Shown: positions 1 through 9,244, counted from the first letter of the stretch. The stretch: DNA of 52,010 nucleotides from Rickettsiales bacterium (GCA_028407765.1 JAOOJU010000002.1:1-52010), one strand, 5' to 3'. Notes: a model not told the origin generated them from the sequence alone. Translations and numbers: made by a program.

Positions 1-7
1 AGTCAAG

Positions 8-376
8 TTGATGATGAAAAAAGTTATATTAAATATTCTTATTTTAATTCTTTTAAACAAATCACAAATATTGCATGCAAACGATAATATTTCTTTCGTT
101 GAGGGAATAGCCGATTTACCAATATTCGAGGATATGAAAAATAATAAAGAAAGTTTGGTTATTTTTGATACAAATGAAGGAAGATTTGTGAATACTGAGA
201 TCTTTGGAAAAGCTGAGTTGGATGAAGCTCAAAAATTTTACAATGGAATATTACCAAATCTAGGTTGGAAAGAAGAAGAATTGAATTACTTCAAAAGAGA
301 AAAAGAAACCTTAATTATAAATTACAAAGAAAATAGAGATGTTCTTTACATATTTTTTAAGATTTTACCTAATTAA
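8..376 (+). CDS. hypothetical exported protein
   Basis: 122-aa ORF with a hydrophobic signal-like N-terminus (MMMKKVILNILILILL...). No family recognised. Confidence 0.45.
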   Translation: MMMKKVILNILILILLNKSQILHANDNISFVEGIADLPIFEDMKNNKESLVIFDTNEGRFVNTEIFGKAELDEAQKFYNGILPNLGWKEEELNYFKREKETLIINYKENRDVLYIFFKILPN

Positions 377-400
377 TATTATTATTTGGATACTTGTTCT

Positions 401-429
401 TGACCTTGTTCTTAAGCAAGAGTATACAT
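401..429 (+). promoter_or_regulatory. candidate sigma70-type promoter for rpsT (TTGACC-17 nt-TATACA)
   Basis: TTGACC at 401-406, 17-nt spacer, TATACA at 424-429, just upstream of the rpsT ATG (444). The leader would be very short, and -10-like hexamers are common in this AT-rich background. Confidence 0.3.
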
Positions 430-443
430 AAATATATTGAATT

Positions 444-707
444 ATGGCTAATATTAAATCTGCAAAAAAACGAATTTTACAAAGTTCTAAGAGATCTTTG
501 ATCAATAAAAAAAAGAGATCTATGCTTAGAAGTAAAATAAAAAGTATTAATATCTCAGTTGAAAATAAGAATAAGGCTGAAGCTAAGAAAATATTCGTTG
601 ATCTTGAGCCTGCTCTATCCAGGTCAGTCAATTCTGGACTTTTAAAAAAAAATACTGTTTCAAGAACCTTATCAAGAATTTCCAGGAAGATTAAACTTTT
701 GGGTTAA
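444..707 (+). CDS. rpsT: 30S ribosomal protein S20
   Basis: 87 aa. MANIKSAKKRILQSSKRSL... is the typical S20 N-terminus, and the protein is basic throughout. Confidence 0.92.
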   Translation: MANIKSAKKRILQSSKRSLINKKKRSMLRSKIKSINISVENKNKAEAKKIFVDLEPALSRSVNSGLLKKNTVSRTLSRISRKIKLLG

Positions 708-753
708 TTTTTTTTATAAATAAATATTTGTTTTATTGATTCAATTTATTAAT

Positions 754-783
754 GCTCTAATCTAATAGAGCGATTATTTTTTA
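754..783 (+). terminator. weak rho-independent terminator candidate after rpsT
   Basis: GCTCTA (754-759), 6-nt loop, TAGAGC (766-771), followed by GATTATTTTTTA. Only a 6-bp stem. Confidence 0.35.
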
Positions 784-793
784 TTGGGGTGGT

Positions 794-1219
794 ATGACTA
801 AATTGGGTTACGCAGGAGATACAGATCCGAAAGAGAGTTGGGAGATTCTTCTTAAAGATAAAAATAGTGTCTTAATTGATTGTAGGTCTTCTGCAGAATG
901 GCAGTTTGTTGGAATTCCTAATCTAGAGTCAATCGAAAAAAAGGCCTATTTAATAGAATGGCAGACCTATCCATCAATGAATGTTAATGAAAACTTCATG
1001 AAGGAAATAACCGATTCAGGAATAAATAAAGATCAAACAATTGTATTACTTTGTCGTTCGGGAGGAAGATCTAAGTCTGCAGCAGAATTTTTAACATCCT
1101 ATGGATTTAAAAGTTGCTACAATTGTACTTATGGTTTTGAAGGATCACATGATCATAATGGGCATAGAAGTTCTAATAACGGTTGGAAACATTCTAAGCT
1201 TCCATGGAAACAGAGTTAA
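794..1219 (+). CDS. rhodanese-domain sulfurtransferase-like protein
   Basis: 141 aa. Active-site loop CRSGGRS and rhodanese fold pattern (IDCRS...EW..G). Confidence 0.8.
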   Translation: MTKLGYAGDTDPKESWEILLKDKNSVLIDCRSSAEWQFVGIPNLESIEKKAYLIEWQTYPSMNVNENFMKEITDSGINKDQTIVLLCRSGGRSKSAAEFLTSYGFKSCYNCTYGFEGSHDHNGHRSSNNGWKHSKLPWKQS

Positions 1220-2607
1220 AAATGGACGAAGAGAATCAACCAAACCATAATGAAATCCAAGCCCAATGGGCATCTGTAAGAGGAAAAGTAAGACAAAAGA
1301 TTGGAGATGCTTTATTTAAAAGTTGGTTTAAACCTCTTAGCCTTGTTAGTTTTAATTCTGGTAAATTAATTTTAAGTGTTCCAAACAGCTTTATAAGAAC
1401 TAGATTGACTGAAGAGTATTTAGACTTATTAAAAGAAAATTGGTTAAATCAAAACAGTAAGGTGGAAAAAATAGAAATAGTTCTTGTTAAAAATAGCAAT
1501 GACTTAAAGCAAGATCATGAAATAAATAAAAAAGATGAAAAGTCACACCATAAAAAGATTAAGTCATATGATTTAGCAGATAACATAGGTGCAAACCTTG
1601 ACCAACGGTTTACTTTTACTGATTTTATTGTAGGAAAGCCCAATGAATTAGCTTTTGCAGCAGCAAGACGTGTCGCAGAGTCTCAGGATGTGCCATTTAA
1701 TCCACTTTTTTTATATGGTGGTGTTGGGCTGGGTAAAACTCATCTAATGCACGCTATAGCACATGAGATAAAAAGAAAGAATCCAATTAGGAGAGTTATT
1801 TATTTGTCTGCTGAGAAGTTTATGTATCATTTTATTAAAGCTCTGAGGTTTAAAAATACTGTGGCTTTTAAAGAGCAGTTTAGGACTGTAGATGTATTAA
1901 TGATTGATGATGTACAATTTATTTCTGGCAAAGACTCAACTCAAGAGGAATTCTTTCACACATTTAATGCTTTGGTTGATCAAAATAAGCAGTTGATAAT
2001 TTCCGCAGATAAATCACCTCAAGATTTAGAAGGAATCGAGGAAAGGATGAGATCTAGATTGGGTTGGGGTCTAGTTGCAGATATACACCCACTCAATTAT
2101 GAGCTAAGGTTAAGTATTTTACAAGCAAAGTCTGAAAAATTAGACACATCAATACCGGAAAATGTTTTGGAATTTCTAGCTCATAAAATAACAACAAATG
2201 TGAGAGAACTCGAGGGTGCTTTAAATAGAATTACTGCATTTTCTTCACTTATTGGTAAAGAAGTAAATATTGAAATGACTCATGATTTATTGAGGGATTT
2301 ATTGAAATCTTCACAACGAAAAGTTAATATTGAACAAATACAAAAAAAGGTCTCTGAACATTTTAATGTAAAAATGTCAGATATGAGTTCCGCAAGAAGA
2401 TCAAGAACTGTTGTGAGACCAAGACAAATAGCAATGTACTTATCAAAAAGTTTGACATCAAGATCATTACCTGAAATTGGAAGAAGGTTTGGCAATAGAG
2501 ATCATACGACTGTTATTCATGCTGTAAAAAAGGTGGAAGAACTTAGAAATGTAGATGTTAGTTTTGATGAAGATGTTGAATTATTAATTAGAATGTTGGA
2601 ATCATAA
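1204..2607 (+). CDS. dnaA: chromosomal replication initiator DnaA
   Basis: 467 aa. Walker A GGVGLGKTHLMHA and a C-terminal DNA-binding domain (EIGRRFGNRDHTTVIHA). An alternative start at M7 (1222) would remove the 16-nt overlap with the rhodanese gene. Confidence 0.97.
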   Translation: METELKMDEENQPNHNEIQAQWASVRGKVRQKIGDALFKSWFKPLSLVSFNSGKLILSVPNSFIRTRLTEEYLDLLKENWLNQNSKVEKIEIVLVKNSNDLKQDHEINKKDEKSHHKKIKSYDLADNIGANLDQRFTFTDFIVGKPNELAFAAARRVAESQDVPFNPLFLYGGVGLGKTHLMHAIAHEIKRKNPIRRVIYLSAEKFMYHFIKALRFKNTVAFKEQFRTVDVLMIDDVQFISGKDSTQEEFFHTFNALVDQNKQLIISADKSPQDLEGIEERMRSRLGWGLVADIHPLNYELRLSILQAKSEKLDTSIPENVLEFLAHKITTNVRELEGALNRITAFSSLIGKEVNIEMTHDLLRDLLKSSQRKVNIEQIQKKVSEHFNVKMSDMSSARRSRTVVRPRQIAMYLSKSLTSRSLPEIGRRFGNRDHTTVIHAVKKVEELRNVDVSFDEDVELLIRMLES

Positions 2608-2907
2608 ATGGAATTCACTGTTTCTAAAAAGGAACTATTTTCTTCCTTAAGTCACTTTCAAAGCGTTGTTGAAAAAAGAAATACAATTCCAATTCTCTCA
2701 AATGTAAAAATAAAAACGATAACCAATAAAGTAGAAATAACTGCCACAGATCTTGCATTAGAAATTTCAGAAATAATTGAGGCTGAAATTACAGATGAAG
2801 GAGAGTTGACAGTTCCATCACAGTTACTTTTTGATATCATACGAAAAGCTCCTGATAACTCAAGCATTGAAGTAAAAAATGAGGAAGAATTAGGACAAGT
2901 ATTTATT
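2608..2907 (+). pseudogene. dnaN: DNA polymerase III beta clamp, 5' fragment only (about 100 of about 370 codons)
   Basis: Starts 1 nt after the dnaA stop. KRNTIPILSNV...ATDLALE...LLFDIIRK... matches clamp domain I up to ...ELGQVFI. The track ORF runs on to 2982 only as antisense of fpg. Confidence 0.85.
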
Positions 2908-3676
2908 TTTTTATTTTACTTTTTTTCTTACAAAAAAAACAGTCTTTGTTTTCCAATCCATAAATTTTCAATTTATTTTTAAAATAACCCAACTTTCCTG
3001 AGGGAGTTTTGTAATCTCTCAAACTAGTACCTCCTAAATTAATTGCTATCTTAAGAATCTTTTTTATAGATTTTACAAGTTTTGTTTTTTCTTTCTGTTC
3101 TAGATCATTGACTAATCTTGATGGCAAAATTTTACTATCAAATAAAATCTCAGAGCAATAGATATTACCTAAACCAGCAATATTCTTTTGATCCATTAAA
3201 AAGTGTTTAATATTTTGTGTTTTATTTAGCATTAACTGGTTCAAAATTACTTCGTTAAAACTTTTTTCTAAAGGCTCAGGTCCAAGTTTTTCTATGTGGG
3301 GTGATTCCATGACTAAGTTTTTTTTATAAATTTTAAAAAAACCAAACCTCCTCACGTCATTGTAAACTAAAAACTTATCTTTCAATTCTATGATAATATG
3401 ATCATGCTTTTCTGGAATATAAGAATCTTTAACTCTAAATACGCCTGTCATCCCAAGATGAACTAATAAGGATAAATTTTCTTTGAAATTTATTATTAAA
3501 TATTTTCCTCTCCTATAAATCTTATCAAAAATTTTCCCTTTTAAAGTCTTTTCTAGATTTTCTGGAATTGGAAATCTAAGTTTTTTTATATTTATTGTTA
3601 CTTTACTTATTTTACATTTCGACAAATGCTCATTTAATGCTATTCTAACTGTCTCTACTTCAGGTAATTCTGGCAT
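2903..3676 (-). CDS. mutM: formamidopyrimidine-DNA glycosylase (Fpg/MutM), C-terminal zinc finger apparently clipped
   Basis: Invariant MPELPEVE N-terminus, so the true start is 3676 (M23 of the track ORF). The protein ends ...YGLENKDCFFCKKKSKIKK*, with only the first CxxC of the zinc finger. Confidence 0.85.
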   Translation of the reverse strand: MPELPEVETVRIALNEHLSKCKISKVTINIKKLRFPIPENLEKTLKGKIFDKIYRRGKYLIINFKENLSLLVHLGMTGVFRVKDSYIPEKHDHIIIELKDKFLVYNDVRRFGFFKIYKKNLVMESPHIEKLGPEPLEKSFNEVILNQLMLNKTQNIKHFLMDQKNIAGLGNIYCSEILFDSKILPSRLVNDLEQKEKTKLVKSIKKILKIAINLGGTSLRDYKTPSGKLGYFKNKLKIYGLENKDCFFCKKKSKIKK

Positions 3677-4397
3677 GAAATCATTTAAATTTAAAAACTT
3701 AACAAATATATCACCAAATAAAAAAAGCAAGATCGTAAGCAAAGTTTTTTCGGATGTTTCTGAAAATTACGATTTTATGAATGATATAATGTCTATCGGA
3801 ATGCATAGAATTTGGAAAGAACAAATTTTTAATTTCATTGCAGCTAAAAAGCATAACGTTTTTATGGATCTTGCTGGGGGGTCCGGTGATTTATCAAAAT
3901 TAATAAAAGATAAATATCCTGACAGTAGATGTATTTTAGTTGATTCTAACCCAGATATGATAAGTCAGGCAAAAAAGAAACTCAAAGATTACGATATAAC
4001 TTATAAATGTAATTTTGCAGAAAATCTTCCTTTTAAAGACGATGAATTTGATTATGTTCTTTTAGCATTTGGATTAAGAAACTTTTCTGATATGAAGAAA
4101 TCACTTATTGAAATACATAGAGTACTTGATAAAAATGGCAAATTTATTTGTTTGGAGTTTAGTCAAGCAAACCAGAGTATTCTGAGAAATATAGTTGATT
4201 TATATTTTAACATTATACCTAAAATAGGAAAGATAATTGCAAAAAATGAATCCGCTTACGAATATCTAGTCGAAAGCATTAGATTTTTTCCGAATCAGAT
4301 AGAATTAACTAAAATTTTTAATACCGTTGGATTTAACAACGTAGAATGTTTTGATATCTTGGACGGAATTGCTAGTATTCATATTGGAAAAAAGTGA
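3675..4397 (+). CDS. ubiE: ubiquinone/menaquinone biosynthesis C-methyltransferase UbiE
   Basis: 240 aa. VFSDVSENYDFMNDIMSIGMHRIWK signature and SAM motif DLAGGSGD. Confidence 0.9.
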   Translation: MKSFKFKNLTNISPNKKSKIVSKVFSDVSENYDFMNDIMSIGMHRIWKEQIFNFIAAKKHNVFMDLAGGSGDLSKLIKDKYPDSRCILVDSNPDMISQAKKKLKDYDITYKCNFAENLPFKDDEFDYVLLAFGLRNFSDMKKSLIEIHRVLDKNGKFICLEFSQANQSILRNIVDLYFNIIPKIGKIIAKNESAYEYLVESIRFFPNQIELTKIFNTVGFNNVECFDILDGIASIHIGKK

Positions 4398-4398
4398 T

Positions 4399-5616
4399 AT
4401 GCGAAAAAGAAAATCTAAAAGAAAAGTACTCATCATTGTAACTGGAGGAATTGCTTCCTACAAAGCAATAGATTTAATGAGATTATTAATAAAATCGAGC
4501 TACGAAGTAGAATGCATATTGACAAAAAGTGTTTCACAGTTTGTTGCACCAATAACTTTTAGTAGTTTATTGGGAAAAAATATATTTACTGACCTTTTTA
4601 AACTTAATGAGTCAAATCAAATGAATCATATTAATCTAGTTAATGAAATAGAACTTGTTATTGTTATACCGGCAACTGCAAACTTCATAGGAAAAATAGC
4701 CAACGGTATAGCTGATGATTTAGCTAGCACCACTATCTTAGCCTCAAGATCTCCTCTATTTATCGCTCCTGCAATGAACACTGGAATGTATGTTAATAAA
4801 GCAGTTAGATCTAATCTAAAGATTTTAAAACAAAGAAATGTGAAAATATTAGAGCCAAAATATGGGAAACTTGCTTGTGGTCAAATAGGAAGAGGTAAAC
4901 TTATGGATATTAATTTGATTTTTGAAGAAATAATTAAGTTTTTCAATAAGTCTAGTCTTCTAGAAGGAAAAAAAGCTGTAGTCACGAGTGGTCCATCACA
5001 AGAAAAAATTGATCCGGTTAGATTCATTAGTAACTTTTCATCTGGAGTGCAAGGATATGAAATAGCCAAGGCACTTAGGGATGCTGGTGCTAAAACCACA
5101 TTAATAAGTGGCCCTACAAAATTAGAGCAACCCTCAGATATAAAATTTAAAAATGCAAAAACTGGTAAAGATTTCTTAAATTATTCACTGTCAGAACTGC
5201 CAGCTGATATTTATATCTCAGTTGCTGCAATAGCTGACTGGAAAATGAAAAATACTAGACATAAAAAAATTAAAAAAAATAATCTATCAAGCATAACACT
5301 TAAACTTTCAAAAAATAAAGATATTTTGTATGAGGTTTCAAATAGTAATATGCGTCCTGGTTTGGTGATTGGGTTCGCAGCAGAAACTGAAAATTTGATT
5401 GAAAATGCTAAAAAAAAACTTTTTGAGAAAAAATGTGATTGGATTATTGCAAATATAGTTTCGGATAAAAAAGGCTTTAATAAAATAAATAATAAGGTAA
5501 CTATAGTTAAAGAAAAAAAAATTAAAGAATGGCCTTTATTAAGTAAATCAAATATTGCTGAAAAATTAGTTATAGAAATTAGTGAATATTTCTCAAAAAT
5601 TGAAAAAAAATTTTGA
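4399..5616 (+). CDS. coaBC: bifunctional phosphopantothenoylcysteine decarboxylase / phosphopantothenate-cysteine ligase
   Basis: Flavoprotein domain (VTGGIASYKA, PAMN) plus a CoaB domain (GFAAET). ATG at 4399 (M17 of the track ORF), right after the ubiE stop. Confidence 0.9.
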   Translation: MRKRKSKRKVLIIVTGGIASYKAIDLMRLLIKSSYEVECILTKSVSQFVAPITFSSLLGKNIFTDLFKLNESNQMNHINLVNEIELVIVIPATANFIGKIANGIADDLASTTILASRSPLFIAPAMNTGMYVNKAVRSNLKILKQRNVKILEPKYGKLACGQIGRGKLMDINLIFEEIIKFFNKSSLLEGKKAVVTSGPSQEKIDPVRFISNFSSGVQGYEIAKALRDAGAKTTLISGPTKLEQPSDIKFKNAKTGKDFLNYSLSELPADIYISVAAIADWKMKNTRHKKIKKNNLSSITLKLSKNKDILYEVSNSNMRPGLVIGFAAETENLIENAKKKLFEKKCDWIIANIVSDKKGFNKINNKVTIVKEKKIKEWPLLSKSNIAEKLVIEISEYFSKIEKKF

Positions 5617-6062
5617 TGTCAAAAATAAAAATTAAAATCTTAGATAATGGTACAGAGCTTTACAAATTAAAAAAAGCAACGATTGGTAGCGCAGGATTTG
5701 ATTTAGTTGCTGCGATAAACAAGGACTTAATAATTAAGCCAAATTCTTCTACTATAGTGCCATGTGGTTTTTCATTAGCTTTGCCAAAAAATTTTGAGGC
5801 TCAAGTTAGACCTCGATCAGGTTTAGCCTTAAAAAATATGGTTACAGTATTAAACTCACCTGGAACTATAGATTCTGATTATAGGGGAGAGATCTGTGTA
5901 ATCCTCATTAATCACGGTAAGGAAGTATTTAATGTTTCTGTTGGAATGAGAATCGCGCAGATCATTTTTAAAACAATACCAAATTTTGAAATAATAGAAG
6001 TCAATAAACTGGATAAAACAGAAAGAGGAGATGGCGGATTTGGTTCAACAGGGTTGAAATAG
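5613..6062 (+). CDS. dut: dUTP diphosphatase
   Basis: 149 aa. GSAGFDL, RSG and GGFGSTG motifs. 4-nt overlap with coaBC. Confidence 0.93.
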   Translation: MMSKIKIKILDNGTELYKLKKATIGSAGFDLVAAINKDLIIKPNSSTIVPCGFSLALPKNFEAQVRPRSGLALKNMVTVLNSPGTIDSDYRGEICVILINHGKEVFNVSVGMRIAQIIFKTIPNFEIIEVNKLDKTERGDGGFGSTGLK

Positions 6063-6071
6063 GGGTATAAA

Positions 6072-6524
6072 TTGTTCAGAGTTTCCAGAAAAATTATATA
6101 TGCAATAGAAGCAGTTGCTGATATTGCATATTACTCGGGTGTAAAACCTGTTCAAAATATAGAAATTGCAAAAAGACAAGGAATTCCAAAAAGATATTTG
6201 GAACAAACTTTACAAACACTTGTGAAAAGTAAGATTCTGGTTGGTTCAAGAGGACCCAAAGGAGGGTACAGATTGGCTAAAGAAAGAAGAAAAATCAAGA
6301 TTTCCGATATTGTTAAATCTTTTGATCAAGAATCTGAAAATCACATAAAAAATAAACTAATGGTTTCTGAAATATCTGAAAAAATAATAAATCCTTTAAT
6401 TTTAGAGGTCTATGCCTCTAGTTTTGATAAATTAAAAAAAACATCAATTGAGGATATATGTAAAAAAGCAAGAGAGTCCAAGATTAAAAAAAACTCAGCA
6501 GGGAATGTTGATTTTGTCATATAA
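6072..6524 (+). CDS. Rrf2-family transcriptional regulator (CymR-like, no Fe-S ligand cysteines)
   Basis: 150 aa with a TTG start. N-terminal wHTH typical of Rrf2/IscR/CymR (YAIEAV...IAKRQGIPKRYLEQTLQTL...GPKGGYRLA). Only one Cys. Confidence 0.8.
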   Translation: MFRVSRKIIYAIEAVADIAYYSGVKPVQNIEIAKRQGIPKRYLEQTLQTLVKSKILVGSRGPKGGYRLAKERRKIKISDIVKSFDQESENHIKNKLMVSEISEKIINPLILEVYASSFDKLKKTSIEDICKKARESKIKKNSAGNVDFVI

Positions 6525-7473
6525 AAAAAATGGTAGAAATGATAGGATTTTTAATTCTATTTCAGAAACAATAGGGAATACTCCACTTGTTAGACTTAAT
6601 AGAATTAAAAACAAATATCAATTGTATGGGGATATATTTGCAAAATTAGAATTTTTCAATCCGCTATCATCTGTAAAAGATAGAATAGGTTTATCAATGA
6701 TTGAGAATGCAGAAAAAAAAGGTCTTCTTAAAAAAGGATCAACGGTCATTGAACCAACCTCAGGAAATACAGGGATTTCTCTTGCATCTATTTGTGCTTC
6801 AAAAGGTTATAGATTGATCTTAACAATGCCTGAAAGTATGTCTGTTGAAAGAAAAAAAATGCTTCAGCTACTTGGTGCCAAACTTATATTAACTCCAGCA
6901 AAAAAGGGGATGAGAGGTTCATTAGAAAAAGCTAAAGAAATTCATAATAAGACTAAAAATAGTATTTTACTTCAACAATTTTCTAATCCTTCAAATCCTA
7001 CAATACATTATGAAACAACAGCAAGAGAAATCTGGAAAGACTCAAATGGAAATATAGATAATTTTGTTTCGGGAGTTGGAACTGGGGGTACAATATCTGG
7101 TGTTGCAAAGTTTTTAAAAAAGAAAAACTCAAAAATAAAAATATATGCTGTTGAGCCTGAAGATTCTGCAGTAATCTCTGGTGGGGAACCTGGTGCTCAT
7201 ATGATACAAGGAATAGGAGCAGGATTCATTCCAGATAATTTATTAATTGAAATGGTTGATGAAATAATTTCAATAAATAATAATACTGCATTTGAATACG
7301 CTAAGATTATGGCAAGATTAGAAGGAATACCTGTGGGTATTTCTTCTGGTGCTGCTTTAGCAGCAGCAATTGAAATAAATGAACAACCATGCATGAAAGA
7401 AAAAAATACAATAGTTATTATTCCATCTTTTGCAGAAAGATATTTATCAACCCCTTTATTTTCTGATTTATAG
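6505..7473 (+). CDS. cysK: cysteine synthase A (O-acetylserine sulfhydrylase)
   Basis: PLP-lysine motif SVKDR and TSGNTG loop. First in-frame ATG consistent with the family N-terminus is 6505, giving a 20-nt overlap with the Rrf2 gene. Confidence 0.9.
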   Translation: MLILSYKKNGRNDRIFNSISETIGNTPLVRLNRIKNKYQLYGDIFAKLEFFNPLSSVKDRIGLSMIENAEKKGLLKKGSTVIEPTSGNTGISLASICASKGYRLILTMPESMSVERKKMLQLLGAKLILTPAKKGMRGSLEKAKEIHNKTKNSILLQQFSNPSNPTIHYETTAREIWKDSNGNIDNFVSGVGTGGTISGVAKFLKKKNSKIKIYAVEPEDSAVISGGEPGAHMIQGIGAGFIPDNLLIEMVDEIISINNNTAFEYAKIMARLEGIPVGISSGAALAAAIEINEQPCMKEKNTIVIIPSFAERYLSTPLFSDL

Positions 7474-7488
7474 TTTAACAATATAAAA

Positions 7489-8265
7489 ATGAAAAAAATT
7501 ACTAAACTAAATGATGAACAATTAGAAAGATTCTCAAGACAAATTCTAATTGATAAATTCGGTTATAAAGGGCAACTTTCGTTAATAAATTCGTCTGTGC
7601 TCATTATTGGATGTGGAGGTCTTGGATCAGCCGCGATAAATTATCTAGTTATGTCTGGTATTGGAAAGATAGGAATTGTTGATTTTGATCGTGTAGATAA
7701 AAGTAACTTGAGCAGACAATCATTATTTAATGAGAGTGACATTGGGATACTAAAAGTAAACGCTGCAAAACAAAAAATTTTTTCTATAAATTCTACTATC
7801 TCTTTAAACACCTATAATCTAAAGGTTACAAAAAATAATATTTCAGAACTATTGAAACCATATAATTATATATTAGATTGCTCTGATAATTTTAGTACTC
7901 GGTATTTAATTAATGATTCATGTTACAAACAAAAAAAAATTCTAATTTCTGCTGCACTTCATAACTTTGAAATACAATTATTCTCTTTTAAAGCTTGGAA
8001 AAATACAAATAATCCATGTTATAGATGTATATTTCCAAAATTTAAGGGAATAAATAATATTGGAAATTGTGCTGATCTTGGAATAATTTCTCCAGTGGCT
8101 GGTATCGGTGGACTATTTCAAGCAATGACAGTAATCAATCATATAATAGATAATAATAACTCAAGATTTAGAGAGTTTATTATTTTTGATTCTCTGAGTA
8201 TGACTCAAACAAAAATTAAAATTAAAAAAAATAATGAATGCAAACTTTGCAAAAAAAAAAATTAA
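7489..8265 (+). CDS. ThiF/MoeB/HesA-family E1-like adenylyltransferase
   Basis: 258 aa. RFSRQ motif, GCGGLGS nucleotide loop, two CxxC pairs (CYRC, CKLC). Confidence 0.8.
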   Translation: MKKITKLNDEQLERFSRQILIDKFGYKGQLSLINSSVLIIGCGGLGSAAINYLVMSGIGKIGIVDFDRVDKSNLSRQSLFNESDIGILKVNAAKQKIFSINSTISLNTYNLKVTKNNISELLKPYNYILDCSDNFSTRYLINDSCYKQKKILISAALHNFEIQLFSFKAWKNTNNPCYRCIFPKFKGINNIGNCADLGIISPVAGIGGLFQAMTVINHIIDNNNSRFREFIIFDSLSMTQTKIKIKKNNECKLCKKKN

Positions 8266-8269
8266 TTAA

Positions 8270-9244
8270 TCAAGTTTTAATAATATCGGGTGGGGTTTTA
8301 CCAGAGCAAAAATCCATTATATTTTTTATTACTCTACTTCCCATTGCATCTCTAGATTGCTTAGTTGCTGAACTAATATGTGGCAATAATACTGCATTTT
8401 TAGATTCCAATAATTTAGTAGTCACCTGAGGTTCATGCTCAAAAACATCGAGACCTACCCCTTGTATTTTTTTTCGAATTAATAGCTCAGCCAGTGAATT
8501 CTCATCAATGATTTCACCTCTAGATGTATTAATTATAAGACTAGATGATTTTAATAATTGTAATCGTCTTTTTGAAAGTAAGTGAAATGTCTCAGGGGTA
8601 TAAGGACAATGAATAGAAATAATATCCATTTTTGATAACATCTCATTTAAATTTATCCAATATTTTGCTTTAAGATTTTTTTCAATATTTTTATTTAATC
8701 TTTTTCTATTATGATAATTAATTTCTAAACCAAGAGTCATTGCTTTTTTTGCAACTGCACTCCCAATTCTACCCATACCAATTATACCTAATTTTTTTCC
8801 ATTTACTCTCTCACCATGAGTGTCACTTGGTCCCCAACCATCCCACTTACCTTTGTATAGTTTTTCTTCTGCTTGTTTAATTCCTCTACATAACATTAAA
8901 ATCATAGTTATCACAATGTCCGCAGTATCTTCCGTGAGTACTTCTGGTGTATTAGTTACAACTATATTCTTTTCTTTTGCTGTGATTAAATCAATATTAT
9001 CAACTCCATTACCGAAATTTGCTATCAACTTTAATTTAGTGGCTGATTTAAGAATTGAAGAGTCAATGGTGTCACTTATACATGGGACAAGAATATCTGC
9101 ACTTTCCACTTTTTTTCTTAGTTCTTTATAACTATAATTCTTATCATTTTTATTTAGAATTATGTTAAAATTGATTGATAGTTTCTTTTCTATATTTTCT
9201 GGCAACTTTCGAGTTAAAAGAATTGTGTAATTTTTTTTTGACAT
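8270..9244 (-). CDS. D-isomer-specific 2-hydroxyacid dehydrogenase (glyoxylate/hydroxypyruvate reductase-like)
   Basis: 324 aa. NAD-binding GIIGMGRIGSAVA and catalytic-domain pattern ...LLPHISSAT. Confidence 0.85.
   Translation of the reverse strand: MSKKNYTILLTRKLPENIEKKLSINFNIILNKNDKNYSYKELRKKVESADILVPCISDTIDSSILKSATKLKLIANFGNGVDNIDLITAKEKNIVVTNTPEVLTEDTADIVITMILMLCRGIKQAEEKLYKGKWDGWGPSDTHGERVNGKKLGIIGMGRIGSAVAKKAMTLGLEINYHNRKRLNKNIEKNLKAKYWINLNEMLSKMDIISIHCPYTPETFHLLSKRRLQLLKSSSLIINTSRGEIIDENSLAELLIRKKIQGVGLDVFEHEPQVTTKLLESKNAVLLPHISSATKQSRDAMGSRVIKNIMDFCSGKTPPDIIKT

Noticed and set aside
377-793. oriC or DnaA boxes (TTATCCACA) in the spacers flanking rpsT and upstream of dnaA.
   Set aside because: No 8/9 or better match was seen on either strand. 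The spacers are too short (67 and 86 nt) for an origin.
2880-2915. Possible rescue of the fpg C-terminus by a -1 shift in the A7 run. This would give ..KKINTCPNSSSFF.., which superficially resembles the ..C P x C.. second half of the zinc finger.
   Set aside because: The spacing to the first CxxC is 11 rather than 16 residues, and the second Cys of the pair is absent. The frame simply continues as antisense dnaN. I treat the match as coincidence.
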